From positions 1-25,137 of the IMG/VR virus record IMGVR_UViG_3300011337_000122: a stretch of DNA of 25,137 nucleotides; one strand, written 5' to 3'. Source of the DNA: a virus. Lineage: Duplodnaviria > Caudoviricetes. Positions 16,544 through 24,811 of the stretch are shown piece after piece. The translations under genes and the position numbers were made by a program. Positions within the stretch are counted from its first letter, which is position 1. Every line of letters begins with the position of its first letter. The notes under the pieces were generated by a model, which saw nothing but the letters and a program-made list of their open reading frames with translations, did not search any database and was not told the DNA's origin.

Positions 16544-17488
16544 TTAGGGAGCAACTTTGGAAACATACAGATCGACCAAAGCCTCAGGCTTAACAACATC
16601 GTAGCCATAGACATTCAGGCCACGAACGATGTTACCGAAGGTTGTGTTCGAACGCAGGGTTTCCACGTTGGTGATCTGCGAAGCAAACGAGATTGCATCA
16701 CGGGTACCAGCGAGGACGTGCCATGCGTCAACTGTATCAGCAACAACATTCAAGTTGTTAGTTGTGTACAGAGTGAAACGGTCAACCATACCAATCTTAC
16801 CGTTACGCAGTGGCGAAGTGTCGTCACCAGTTAAGTAAGCTTGCTTCAGGTCACTGTTCTTCAACAGAGGAGCCATCCACGAAGGGATAACCATCCAGCG
16901 ACCATCTTCAGGTACGTTCTGCTCGTCGAGAACCAGACCGCAGTCAAGGATCTTCTCGAGGACGTTGTTCACGGTGATTACGATTGGAGCGCCAGTTGTG
17001 CCCAGATCGATGTCACCAGAGATAGCGCCAGCAGTTGCGCCCTTGTTAGCGGCAGCAGCGTCGGCAGCTACGTTGTTCAGAACGTCATTGTCGATTGCGA
17101 TCTTCATCTGCTCGGATGCGTCGTTCGAGAAGATGTCCATCAGTTTCACGTCTGCTTGAACTTCATCAACATCATCCACAACCACGGCGAAGTACTTACC
17201 TTTGTCGATGCTGAGTTCAATTGGAGTTGACTCAGGAACTTCAGTAGTAAGCGTTTGGCCTTTCTGATAGTTACGGATGGTGATCGTTGGGATCGAACGG
17301 ATATGAACGGTGTCGCCCATGCCCTTGATTTCGCTTTCCCAATCGTTGTTGGTGATTTCGCCAAGAACAGTCGATTTGTAAAACTTAACTTGCAGCTTGC
17401 CAGACCAGATCTCTGGAATAAAGGCTGAGCCACTTGGGTTTGTATTGTAGCTATACTGAGGATAGCCACCACTTGCGGGTACAGACAT
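16544..17488 (-). CDS. Major capsid protein (HK97 fold, podovirus-type)
   Basis: FIPEIWSGKL...ITNNDWESEI...GDTVHI, VPEDGRWMVI, G-x-IGMVDRF, RGLNVYG-x-x-VVKPEAL; TAAGGAG RBS; follows scaffold and precedes terminator. Confidence 0.92.
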   Translation of the reverse strand: MSVPASGGYPQYSYNTNPSGSAFIPEIWSGKLQVKFYKSTVLGEITNNDWESEIKGMGDTVHIRSIPTITIRNYQKGQTLTTEVPESTPIELSIDKGKYFAVVVDDVDEVQADVKLMDIFSNDASEQMKIAIDNDVLNNVAADAAAANKGATAGAISGDIDLGTTGAPIVITVNNVLEKILDCGLVLDEQNVPEDGRWMVIPSWMAPLLKNSDLKQAYLTGDDTSPLRNGKIGMVDRFTLYTTNNLNVVADTVDAWHVLAGTRDAISFASQITNVETLRSNTTFGNIVRGLNVYGYDVVKPEALVDLYVSKVAP

Positions 17489-17530
17489 TTGAGTCTCCTT
17501 AATAAAATATATGTACGCCGCAATTAGAGG

Positions 17531-18478
17531 TTATCGAACTCGACCCTCTAGGGATGCGGCGTGGATTTCGGCTTCCATCGCCACCATATCTTTCGAGGAG
17601 ATGCGCCCGTTTCTGCAAGCTGAGTAGAAATCAGATATCTCTTTGCGCGTGAAGTATCTCTTCGCGGCAGGAGACTGGTTACTATTTCGGCTATCAGGAA
17701 CTTGGTGCTTATCCTTTACAGCTGGTGGAGGTGGAGTATTAGAACTACCGGGGCGCATTGCCTCTTCAAACTTAGTGAAGAACTTTGCGACACGGGCGGC
17801 ATCTCTCGCCTGTTCAGCACTCTCAAGGAGGTCTTGGCGTGTGCGACCAGTAAGCTCGTCATATTCATCCAGCCAACTCAAGAAGCGTTCGTCGGAGTTG
17901 AGTGTTACCCAATTAGGTGCCAAGTTGTTCAGGCGCTCATAGAAAGTTTCTTCTGAATTCTGCGCAGTGGTAGAAACTACTTTCTCCATGCGAGCCTTCA
18001 GATCAGCGATCTCAGCGTCTTTAGACTTGGTGGCCTGTTGAGTTGCTCGTGTAATAACATCAAGCAGATCTTCTCCGTACTTCTCTTTGTCGGCATCAGT
18101 GATGAGTGGGGCTTTGGCTGCTTCTGCCTGACTCTTCAAACTTTCGACTTGTGCTGCAAGCTCGGCCAGTTGTGACCGTAGCTCTTTATTTTCCGCGGCC
18201 ATGCGAGGAACTTCAGCCCTGTACTTGCCCTCGATTACCTTATAACGGTGTTCCCACTTATCATCCTGTGGCGGGGCTGGCGGCTCCGTGGGTGGATTCC
18301 CGCCATTCCCTTCCAGATTCAAATCTGGTTCAGGGTCAGGTGTTAAGTTAGGATCCGGTTGGGGATCAGGTGCAGGTGGTTCTGGGTTCGGCTCAGGCAC
18401 AGGCTGGTTCTCATAAAACTGCTTGTGCAGAGCTGCTGCTCGTTCTTCTGCTTCGCGTACTTTGCGTGGGATTGCCAT
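17531..18478 (-). CDS. Scaffolding protein
   Basis: Pro/acidic N-terminus, WEHRYKVIEGKY then coiled coil, W-x-x-LN-x-D-x-x-F-x-x-WL, C-terminal helix-loop-helix ending EGRVR; directly upstream of capsid gene. Confidence 0.8.
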   Translation of the reverse strand: MAIPRKVREAEERAAALHKQFYENQPVPEPNPEPPAPDPQPDPNLTPDPEPDLNLEGNGGNPPTEPPAPPQDDKWEHRYKVIEGKYRAEVPRMAAENKELRSQLAELAAQVESLKSQAEAAKAPLITDADKEKYGEDLLDVITRATQQATKSKDAEIADLKARMEKVVSTTAQNSEETFYERLNNLAPNWVTLNSDERFLSWLDEYDELTGRTRQDLLESAEQARDAARVAKFFTKFEEAMRPGSSNTPPPPAVKDKHQVPDSRNSNQSPAAKRYFTRKEISDFYSACRNGRISSKDMVAMEAEIHAASLEGRVR

Positions 18479-18536
18479 AAATTTATTTCTCCATGAGTCT
18501 CAGAGCCTCGTCAGGTTATCCAAGATTTTCATTATT

Positions 18537-18562
18537 GCTAACTCAACCCTGTTAGCTTAGGG
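18537..18562 (-). promoter_or_regulatory. Candidate H-type RNA pseudoknot in scaffold-gene leader
   Basis: CCCT-AA-GCTAAC-AGGG-TTGA-GTTAGC: S1 4 bp, S2 6 bp, loops 2/0/4. Confidence 0.4.
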
Positions 18563-18570
18563 ATCGTCGA

Positions 18571-18810
18571 TTATCTCGACCGAATCTTTCTAATCACCTC
18601 TTCAGCCCCATCTGCTTTCTGCAGAAAGGTTGCAAGAACTTGTTGTCCACCTTGGTTCCAGCGAAGTTGAACTTCGTCCTTGGTCTGTGGTGTGACTCTC
18701 TCTAGTTCACGCAACGACTCATGCAGCCACGTCTTCACTTGTTCAAAGTGAATGTTGCCTTGCAGTTGGGCGAGAGCGTTAATTGTTTCTTTATCAATTT
18801 GGTTTAGCAC
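18571..18810 (-). CDS. Small helical protein between portal and scaffold (Bbp19-like position)
   Basis: F-x-x-V-x-x-WL...LRWNQG-x-x-Q-x-L pattern; synteny. Confidence 0.65.
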   Translation of the reverse strand: MLNQIDKETINALAQLQGNIHFEQVKTWLHESLRELERVTPQTKDEVQLRWNQGGQQVLATFLQKADGAEEVIRKIRSR

Positions 18811-18813
18811 ACA

Positions 18814-19830
18814 TTACCTCAATGTTCTTGCGGCTTTCTCGTAGGCTTTGTAAGCGCGATCACGCTCTGCCTTCTTGGCTGCGTTCTTAGGATCTGCTCT
18901 GTAAGCTTGATCTGCCTCTTTGAAAGTCTTACCCAAGTTTTGAACTGCTTGTTCTGCTGGGTATGGCTTTGACTTACGCGTCTCGTTATCTTGAGCTGGC
19001 TTTGTTGGCTTCGACTTGCGATCCTCATTGTTGCCACCGCGTGAGCCGGGCTTTGTCTTCAAGCTGTCATTATCCACAGGAGGACGAGGATTGTTAGGGA
19101 TAATCACTCGCGCACCACCAGAATCCGAACGAGCGGAAGGAGTTGGAACACGCTCAGCCCTAGCTTTAACTCTAGCCCTGCGATCAGTCTTAGGCGCAGC
19201 TACATCTTCTGCGTCGCCCATCGGACGTGGCACAGCGTTGGCATCAACCTTAGGAAGAATGTCGGGCATTAGTATTGCTCGCTTCTTCATTGTATCGATG
19301 TCAGCGTAGCCAGTGTCTTGGTACTCATCCGATGGCTTAGCAGAGATATCACTCTTGCTATCCATAACGGTCGGGCCTTCAGACTTCTTTTGTTTCTCGC
19401 CACCCATAACCATTGAGGCATTACGCATACCGTCGCCCTGCATCTTGGCGTTCTCAGCGAAAGCTTTCTGGTTATCGTACTCACGCTTACCGCGGCCAGC
19501 ACCATAACGCTCATAAGCCAAACTGCCGGGAGCGTCGATGTTGCCTTCTTTGAAGCGATCAAAGAGTTTGCGGAAGCCTCCAACGATACCGGGCTTATCA
19601 GCCGCAGCCTCTCTATTGGAAGCATCCAATCCCATCTGCTTCAACTCTGCTTCGGTAGGATCACCACCGTCTGCAAGGAAAGCTGCAGAGGTATGCTGTT
19701 TCTCTTCTGATAATGGGTTATCGGAATGTTCGCCGTGGAATATAGGACGACTCTGAACCCCATGAGATACCTTAGCAGTACCGGACTTCTTGTGGTTGCC
19801 TCTCAACCAATCAGGAACATTACCTGCCAT
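18814..19830 (-). CDS. Hydrophilic, probably disordered protein with PDWxR leader and LADGG tag (338 aa)
   Basis: Long ORF abutting both neighbours; K/R/P/D-rich; internal repeat NEDRKSKP/NETRKSKP. Confidence 0.7.
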   Translation of the reverse strand: MAGNVPDWLRGNHKKSGTAKVSHGVQSRPIFHGEHSDNPLSEEKQHTSAAFLADGGDPTEAELKQMGLDASNREAAADKPGIVGGFRKLFDRFKEGNIDAPGSLAYERYGAGRGKREYDNQKAFAENAKMQGDGMRNASMVMGGEKQKKSEGPTVMDSKSDISAKPSDEYQDTGYADIDTMKKRAILMPDILPKVDANAVPRPMGDAEDVAAPKTDRRARVKARAERVPTPSARSDSGGARVIIPNNPRPPVDNDSLKTKPGSRGGNNEDRKSKPTKPAQDNETRKSKPYPAEQAVQNLGKTFKEADQAYRADPKNAAKKAERDRAYKAYEKAARTLR

Positions 19831-20169
19831 TTATTTCCCCTTGTGTTTCTTCCCGGGCATAGTGGAGCCATCGGGCATCTTGTGGGTAGCCTTGCCGCCG
19901 TTTGCCATCTTCTTCATCTCTTGCTTGTTCTCTTCAGCATACTGCTTGGGGCTCATCTTGCCATTCTTAATCATAGCGGCGCGTTTCATGTCAGGCTTCT
20001 TCTCGCCTTCTTTCATCTCACCCTTCTTGTATTGGCGCATAGTTATCTCGCCATTCTTCAGAGCTTTGGCTTCGCCCATTTCCTCTTTCGGGTTGTCCTT
20101 GCCTTTGAACTTCTTCATTGCTTCTTTGTCTTTCAGTGGGCCCATCTGGCCTTTCATCTTGGTAGCCAT
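19831..20169 (-). CDS. Lys/Met-rich small basic protein with MANGG tag (112 aa)
   Basis: TAAGGAG RBS; repeat ALKNGEITMRQY/MIKNGKMSPKQY; C-terminal HKMPDGSTMPGKKH. Confidence 0.7.
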   Translation of the reverse strand: MATKMKGQMGPLKDKEAMKKFKGKDNPKEEMGEAKALKNGEITMRQYKKGEMKEGEKKPDMKRAAMIKNGKMSPKQYAEENKQEMKKMANGGKATHKMPDGSTMPGKKHKGK

Positions 20170-20178
20170 CAGCTCTCC

Positions 20179-22284
20179 TTAGGTGAGATTGTTTTGTGCT
20201 AGTGCCGCTAGGATTCTATCTGCCATATCCGTTTGCATTGCTTCCTCAGCAGTCATGCCAACCTGCCCACCGTCTGCCAACATCTGTGGCTCAGGCGGTA
20301 AAGGTTGTGACTGTGGGATCTCCGCTGGCGATGGTGGTTGCTGCGCTTGCATCTGCGCCATCATTTGTTGAACCATCTGCTGCGCCATTACCTGCGCTTT
20401 CATATTGATCTCTTGATCGCGCATGCTCTCTGCATTTGGAACCAGCTTCTCTGTATCCATCTGCAAACCACGAGCAGCTTCGCGCAACAGATATGCTCTG
20501 CCTTGCAAGCCAGTGATTTGAGAATCAATCGGATTAGCTGTAGCAACAAGGAACTCATTGCGGCGCATTTGAAGAGTCTCTTTGTGAAGCAGACCAATTG
20601 CACCTTTAGCAACTACATTGAAGTCGCCCTTGATATAAGGATCAGGGTCGAACATCATATTGTGAATATATAGTTTCTGGACTATACCAGCTACTATTGT
20701 ATCAATGTTTGCAATTGCTTGTTTGATACCTTTGCTTGCATTGTCCATCAGCATCGACAGACCAGATGCAGTACGCCCAGCTCCCGACACAGCCGCACTA
20801 CCATAGACGTAGTTTGGAATACCCGTTACCTCGTCAGCTTGTTTCGAGAATTGTGTGAAGACCTGCATCAGTTCACCAGCGTTTAAGCTAGGCTGGAAGA
20901 AGCGCACGGCAGGCTGACCACCGCCAGTTTTATCACTGGTAGTCTGCCAGATCTTCCACGGGTAAATGTCAGTGATGTCCTCACCGTCAGGGAGTCGATC
21001 AACTGTGACTTCCACCTGAGGGCCAGAAGCAACACCCATGTTGTTTGCAATCGAGCGAGCTGCTGCGTTACACATAACCTGCGTGTCGCGCATGATCTCA
21101 GGCATAGCCATACCCCAGAACGAATCTGGAATATCTTCCCAAGAAGCAATCTGGTATGGGCGCTCACCTAGTGGATCTGGATTGATGACGCATTTCCATA
21201 AGGCACCGTCAGTCCACCAAGCATCAATCTCATAGATTGCGTCAGGATCGATCTCGTCTTCGATGCCCCACTCAAGAAGCATAGTGCCGGGGACTGAACC
21301 CCAGAACTCAACAGTCTCAACCTGCCCACTGGTGATTGGATAACGGAAAGGTTTGCCAGCTAGGACGCGCTGCTCACTGTCGCCTTGAATCCAAGTACGA
21401 TAGCCAGACATACCAAAGCGGCTGATAACAGTTTCCAGTTCCTCGTTGTTCACGCCGGGCGTGTCGCGCATTGATTCCAGTGAACGCATGTTCAGGAAGT
21501 GGCGCTGAATCAAATACGAATCATTGACACCAGTAGATGCTGGCGCAGGGAAGATGTCGTAAGGACTGACGCGCTGGAACTGTTCTGTATAATTTGTTAA
21601 CACTACAGGAGCGAAGCCGGGGCCCCAAGCCATCTCTTTGCCACGCTTGATGATCGGGCCTTTCATAACAGCAGTAGGGAAGGTGGTGAAGTCCGTGATG
21701 AACTTCTTCAGTTCTTCTGTGAACTTACCCTTACGCAACTGGTCATCAATCTTCATGCCCATGCGACGTGCGGCATCCTCAGCTTCTTCGCGCATACGAT
21801 TCAGAGTAGCCTCGTGGACTTCCTCCATGCGAGCGCGGAAAGCTTCAGGGTGAACTGGCTCTGGACTTTGTGCCATAAACTCCTCGGCTTCCATCCGAAC
21901 CTGATCTACGATACCGCGCTTCATCTCAGGCGGCATGTCAGGATAGCTTGACACCTTCAGATCAAAGACGCGCTCTTGCTGATTTAGCATCACGTCACGG
22001 ATCCACGACTCGGCAGCACGGCCTTTCACATCTGTCAACATCATAAAGATGTCGGAGCCACCCATGCGGTTGATCTCTTGCAGACGCTCAGGGTCATACT
22101 CGCCGCGGCGTTGACGTTCACACTTAAGCAGACGCTCAGTGATTAGTGTTTTTGCAACCTTAGCTTCATCCCAGCACTTACGCACATAAGCACCAAGCCG
22201 AGATTCAAAACGCGGATTGCTCTCCTGATCGTCAACTTCTGATACTGATGCTTCGATTTGTGGGCGCTGTAAGCTGTAACTCAT
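20179..22284 (-). CDS. Portal protein (701 aa)
   Basis: Directly follows TerL; RVSPYDIFP, SFWG-x-A-x-PE-x-x-RD-x-Q...N, DEVTGIP...RTASGLSML motifs of P22/N4-like portals; Q/P-rich C-terminus. Confidence 0.9.
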   Translation of the reverse strand: MSYSLQRPQIEASVSEVDDQESNPRFESRLGAYVRKCWDEAKVAKTLITERLLKCERQRRGEYDPERLQEINRMGGSDIFMMLTDVKGRAAESWIRDVMLNQQERVFDLKVSSYPDMPPEMKRGIVDQVRMEAEEFMAQSPEPVHPEAFRARMEEVHEATLNRMREEAEDAARRMGMKIDDQLRKGKFTEELKKFITDFTTFPTAVMKGPIIKRGKEMAWGPGFAPVVLTNYTEQFQRVSPYDIFPAPASTGVNDSYLIQRHFLNMRSLESMRDTPGVNNEELETVISRFGMSGYRTWIQGDSEQRVLAGKPFRYPITSGQVETVEFWGSVPGTMLLEWGIEDEIDPDAIYEIDAWWTDGALWKCVINPDPLGERPYQIASWEDIPDSFWGMAMPEIMRDTQVMCNAAARSIANNMGVASGPQVEVTVDRLPDGEDITDIYPWKIWQTTSDKTGGGQPAVRFFQPSLNAGELMQVFTQFSKQADEVTGIPNYVYGSAAVSGAGRTASGLSMLMDNASKGIKQAIANIDTIVAGIVQKLYIHNMMFDPDPYIKGDFNVVAKGAIGLLHKETLQMRRNEFLVATANPIDSQITGLQGRAYLLREAARGLQMDTEKLVPNAESMRDQEINMKAQVMAQQMVQQMMAQMQAQQPPSPAEIPQSQPLPPEPQMLADGGQVGMTAEEAMQTDMADRILAALAQNNLT

Positions 22285-23730
22285 TTATGTCCATCCCCTC
22301 GCAGAGACTCTTTTAACGGATCTTGCACGAGCAGGTTGAGTACCGCTTCGGATCTTCAAGCACCCGTATTGCAAAGCATCCTGTGGGTGTGAGTAGTCGT
22401 CCTTAAGCGGCCTGTCTTTATACCTAGCTAGGCCAGAAGTCTTTATTCGTTCGTACTTATATCTACCGAGGAAACCCTTCCTCAGAGATTTACATCTTGG
22501 GTTCAACATAAAGCCGGGCTTGCCATCCGTCATCTTTGTCATGAAGTAGGCTACGGCTTCACGGCGCGGGATCCAATCGTTCGTGGGAGCAGGTTCCGTA
22601 TAAATCCCGGTTTCGAGAAGTTCTTGAAAGCAAGTCCTCGTATCGGTCTGGGCTCTAATACTGCCAGCGGGATCGCCAGCAGAAACGATTTGAAAGTTCG
22701 CATAGTTGTTAGTTAGGAAAGGCTTTACTACGTCGTTGGCAAATTCGCGGATACCCATGTCTTCGGATACTAGCTCATCGACAACATGCAACGCACCTCT
22801 GACTGTCTCCTGCATAATGATACAAGCGGGAGTCAAACCAAAGTCCCACCCCAGAATAATCGGAAGTCCCGAGGTGGCATCGATATCTTCTTTCAAGCAG
22901 TGAACCTTGTCGTTGTACTCTGGGTACACGGGCTTGCCATCCATCGTCGCGCCGTAGTTACCCAGCACGAACACGTTGATCCAATCGTCAGTCTTCGAAG
23001 CCAACTGCTGCATGTAGTAACCGTAGCCGTTAGGCAGGTTCATTACATTCTCGGCATCAGGGTTAGGCAAGTATTCGTCGGTGCCATCTTCCTTGATAGA
23101 CTTAATCAGACCGCCGGGTTGACGGAAGAACGCCCATCCTTCTGGTCTTTCTTCTTCTGCAACTTTGTAGTACCAGTGATCGTCGTCTGGCGGGTTAGTA
23201 TCAAGAATGATGCCGTGCCAGCTCGGGCCACCCTGAGTCTTAGCGGGGTAACGACCCACACGCTGCGTGACCATATCGAAGATCTCTTTCGGAACTTCGG
23301 ATGCCTCGTTGATCCATGCGCCAGTAAGTTCAAGCGACCTTAGCTTACCTGTCTCGGTAGGCTTGTCCAACGCCATGAACATTACCTCAAGCTCCATACC
23401 AGTGCCATCACCAATGTTGCCAATTCGAAATGTCGAAGTGATTGGTGTGTCCCACTTGATTGGCGCTACCTCAGACGGGAACCATTGCTCCCATGTCTTG
23501 ATGGTCGTGGACTTCAGTTCAGGATAGGTGTTACGAATAATCAACCAGCGGGAACGGCGTACACCATCCGGGCTTGGGCGTTGCCGTAATGCGCGAGAGA
23601 CAATCTCTACGCAGCAAGAAGACGACTTGCCAGAACCGACAGGCCCCATGAGTCCCCGCACGAAGTTATCGTGAGCGTGGAACTTGGCCGCTTGTCTGCC
23701 GGGTGGGTTATAGTTGAATTGATAAGACAC
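22285..23730 (-). CDS. terL: Terminase large subunit
   Basis: Walker A GPVGSGKS, IIRNT, Walker B AWINE, coupling motif DTNPP, RNase H-like GWDFG and SHPQDALQY; GTG start. Confidence 0.95.
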   Translation of the reverse strand: MSYQFNYNPPGRQAAKFHAHDNFVRGLMGPVGSGKSSSCCVEIVSRALRQRPSPDGVRRSRWLIIRNTYPELKSTTIKTWEQWFPSEVAPIKWDTPITSTFRIGNIGDGTGMELEVMFMALDKPTETGKLRSLELTGAWINEASEVPKEIFDMVTQRVGRYPAKTQGGPSWHGIILDTNPPDDDHWYYKVAEEERPEGWAFFRQPGGLIKSIKEDGTDEYLPNPDAENVMNLPNGYGYYMQQLASKTDDWINVFVLGNYGATMDGKPVYPEYNDKVHCLKEDIDATSGLPIILGWDFGLTPACIIMQETVRGALHVVDELVSEDMGIREFANDVVKPFLTNNYANFQIVSAGDPAGSIRAQTDTRTCFQELLETGIYTEPAPTNDWIPRREAVAYFMTKMTDGKPGFMLNPRCKSLRKGFLGRYKYERIKTSGLARYKDRPLKDDYSHPQDALQYGCLKIRSGTQPARARSVKRVSARGWT

Positions 23731-23733
23731 AGA

Positions 23734-24099
23734 TTAGAACTCTTTGTAAAAAGTAAACTGGACTTTCTGGCGCTTTGGTTCGTATGCCACGCCGAAGCTA
23801 CCGAACTTATTCTTGTAGGTAGCATCAACGGCATCAAGGCTTTGCCCCGATTGACCGCCGCCTTTCCAGTGTGAGCCGCTAACGCCCACGTTAATAGACC
23901 TGTCGTCATCCAAGTGGCGGGTGTGACCAATGCGACCACCGCCGCCGTAGTTGCCCATACCTTCACCAGATGCAGAGTAGTTCACCTCAACAGGTGCCTC
24001 ATAGTTCTCGACCTCTGGATCGTACATGCCATCCCCACCATCAGCCAGCTTCTTTACTTTTTTATAATCGTGGCGTTGCCAATCTGGACAGTGACCCAT
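23734..24099 (-). CDS. Hypothetical protein: PDWxR/LADGG leader plus Gly-rich amphipathic beta-strand domain ending in Phe (121 aa)
   Basis: GAGGAGGA RBS, TAATG coupling to TerS, ends 3 nt before TerL start. Confidence 0.75.
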   Translation of the reverse strand: MGHCPDWQRHDYKKVKKLADGGDGMYDPEVENYEAPVEVNYSASGEGMGNYGGGGRIGHTRHLDDDRSINVGVSGSHWKGGGQSGQSLDAVDATYKNKFGSFGVAYEPKRQKVQFTFYKEF

Positions 24100-24353
24100 T
24101 AGTCATCCTCCTCATTGGTTTGGGGTGAACCCATATTCAGGTTGAAGGTAATTGGCTGTGCATCGACTTCCATACGGACATCAGCCAAGTCAGGCAGGAT
24201 CTTGCGGAGTAGTATCTCGATGGCACGAACTTGGGTGGTAGTCATCTCTACCGAACCATTGGCGTGTGCCTCAAGACGATTGATTAGCTGAGCAGCTTGG
24301 ATCTTCAGCCGGGTATTCTCATCGTGACGAATCTTTTTAATTCTAGCTGCCAT
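24099..24353 (-). CDS. terS: Probable terminase small subunit
   Basis: 84 aa, helical, Q-x-x-A-x-x-ILL-x-K-x-LPDL oligomerisation-type motif and C-terminal beta strand (ITFNLN); TAAGGA RBS; upstream of TerL. Confidence 0.65.
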   Translation of the reverse strand: MAARIKKIRHDENTRLKIQAAQLINRLEAHANGSVEMTTTQVRAIEILLRKILPDLADVRMEVDAQPITFNLNMGSPQTNEEDD

Positions 24354-24362
24354 TTTGGTTCC

Positions 24363-24626
24363 TTATGTTTTTACCTCAACTCCCGCCTTGGTGAAGGCTT
24401 GGATCATTCGCTTGGCCAGAAGCATCAGGTCATCGTGGGACTTGAACTCAGCCAAGTTAATCTCAGCCTCGAACAAATGCGGGGTGCCATCGATGTTGAC
24501 CATACCGGATAGCACAACCACATGCGGCGCTATCGCCTTCTTCAGATCAGACTCGTAGCCTACCTGAATCCCACGCAGGACTTCCACGCGGTTGATGAAC
24601 TCTTGGAGTTGGTTTACTGTTAGCAT
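24363..24626 (-). CDS. Hypothetical protein (87 aa)
   Basis: Start moved to MLTVNQ at 24626 because the ATG at 24650 lies inside the tRNA-Trp acceptor stem; no clear RBS. Confidence 0.55.
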   Translation of the reverse strand: MLTVNQLQEFINRVEVLRGIQVGYESDLKKAIAPHVVVLSGMVNIDGTPHLFEAEINLAEFKSHDDLMLLAKRMIQAFTKAGVEVKT

Positions 24627-24639
24627 AAAGTAAATAGGT

Positions 24640-24713
24640 TGGCTACCCATGAGGGACTTGAACCCCCACCATTAGTTTTGGAGACTAGGATGCTGCCATT
24701 ACACCAATGGGTA
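24640..24713 (-). tRNA. tRNA-Trp (CCA)
   Basis: Acceptor TACCCAT/ATGGGTA, G73, encoded CCA; anticodon loop CT-CCA-AA; T arm GGGGG-TTCAAGT-CCCTC; 74 nt. Confidence 0.92.
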
Positions 24714-24717
24714 GTAG

Positions 24718-24789
24718 AAAAAGAAAAGCCCCCGGGGTGAGCTTGGTTCCTTCAATCTCAGGGTAGAAGGAGACAGAGGCTTGGGGGCT
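24718..24789 (-). other. Extended stem-loop plus U-tract between the tRNAs (small RNA or terminator-like)
   Basis: Outer stem AGCCCCC/GGGGGCT, inner stem TCCTTC/GAAGGA with 12-nt loop, followed by TTTCTTTTT. Confidence 0.45.
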
Positions 24790-24811
24790 GTTGTTACTGC
24801 CTTGTTGTTAT

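Noticed and set aside
193-24558. All plus-strand ORFs and alternative-frame minus ORFs in the track (except Rz1)
   Set aside because: They shadow a tightly packed minus-strand operon, lack family motifs and look like antisense or frame artefacts.
24640-24713. Stop-codon reassignment or suppressor tRNA
   Set aside because: Anticodon is ordinary CCA; genes are intact in the standard code and TAA, TAG and TGA all end well-supported genes.
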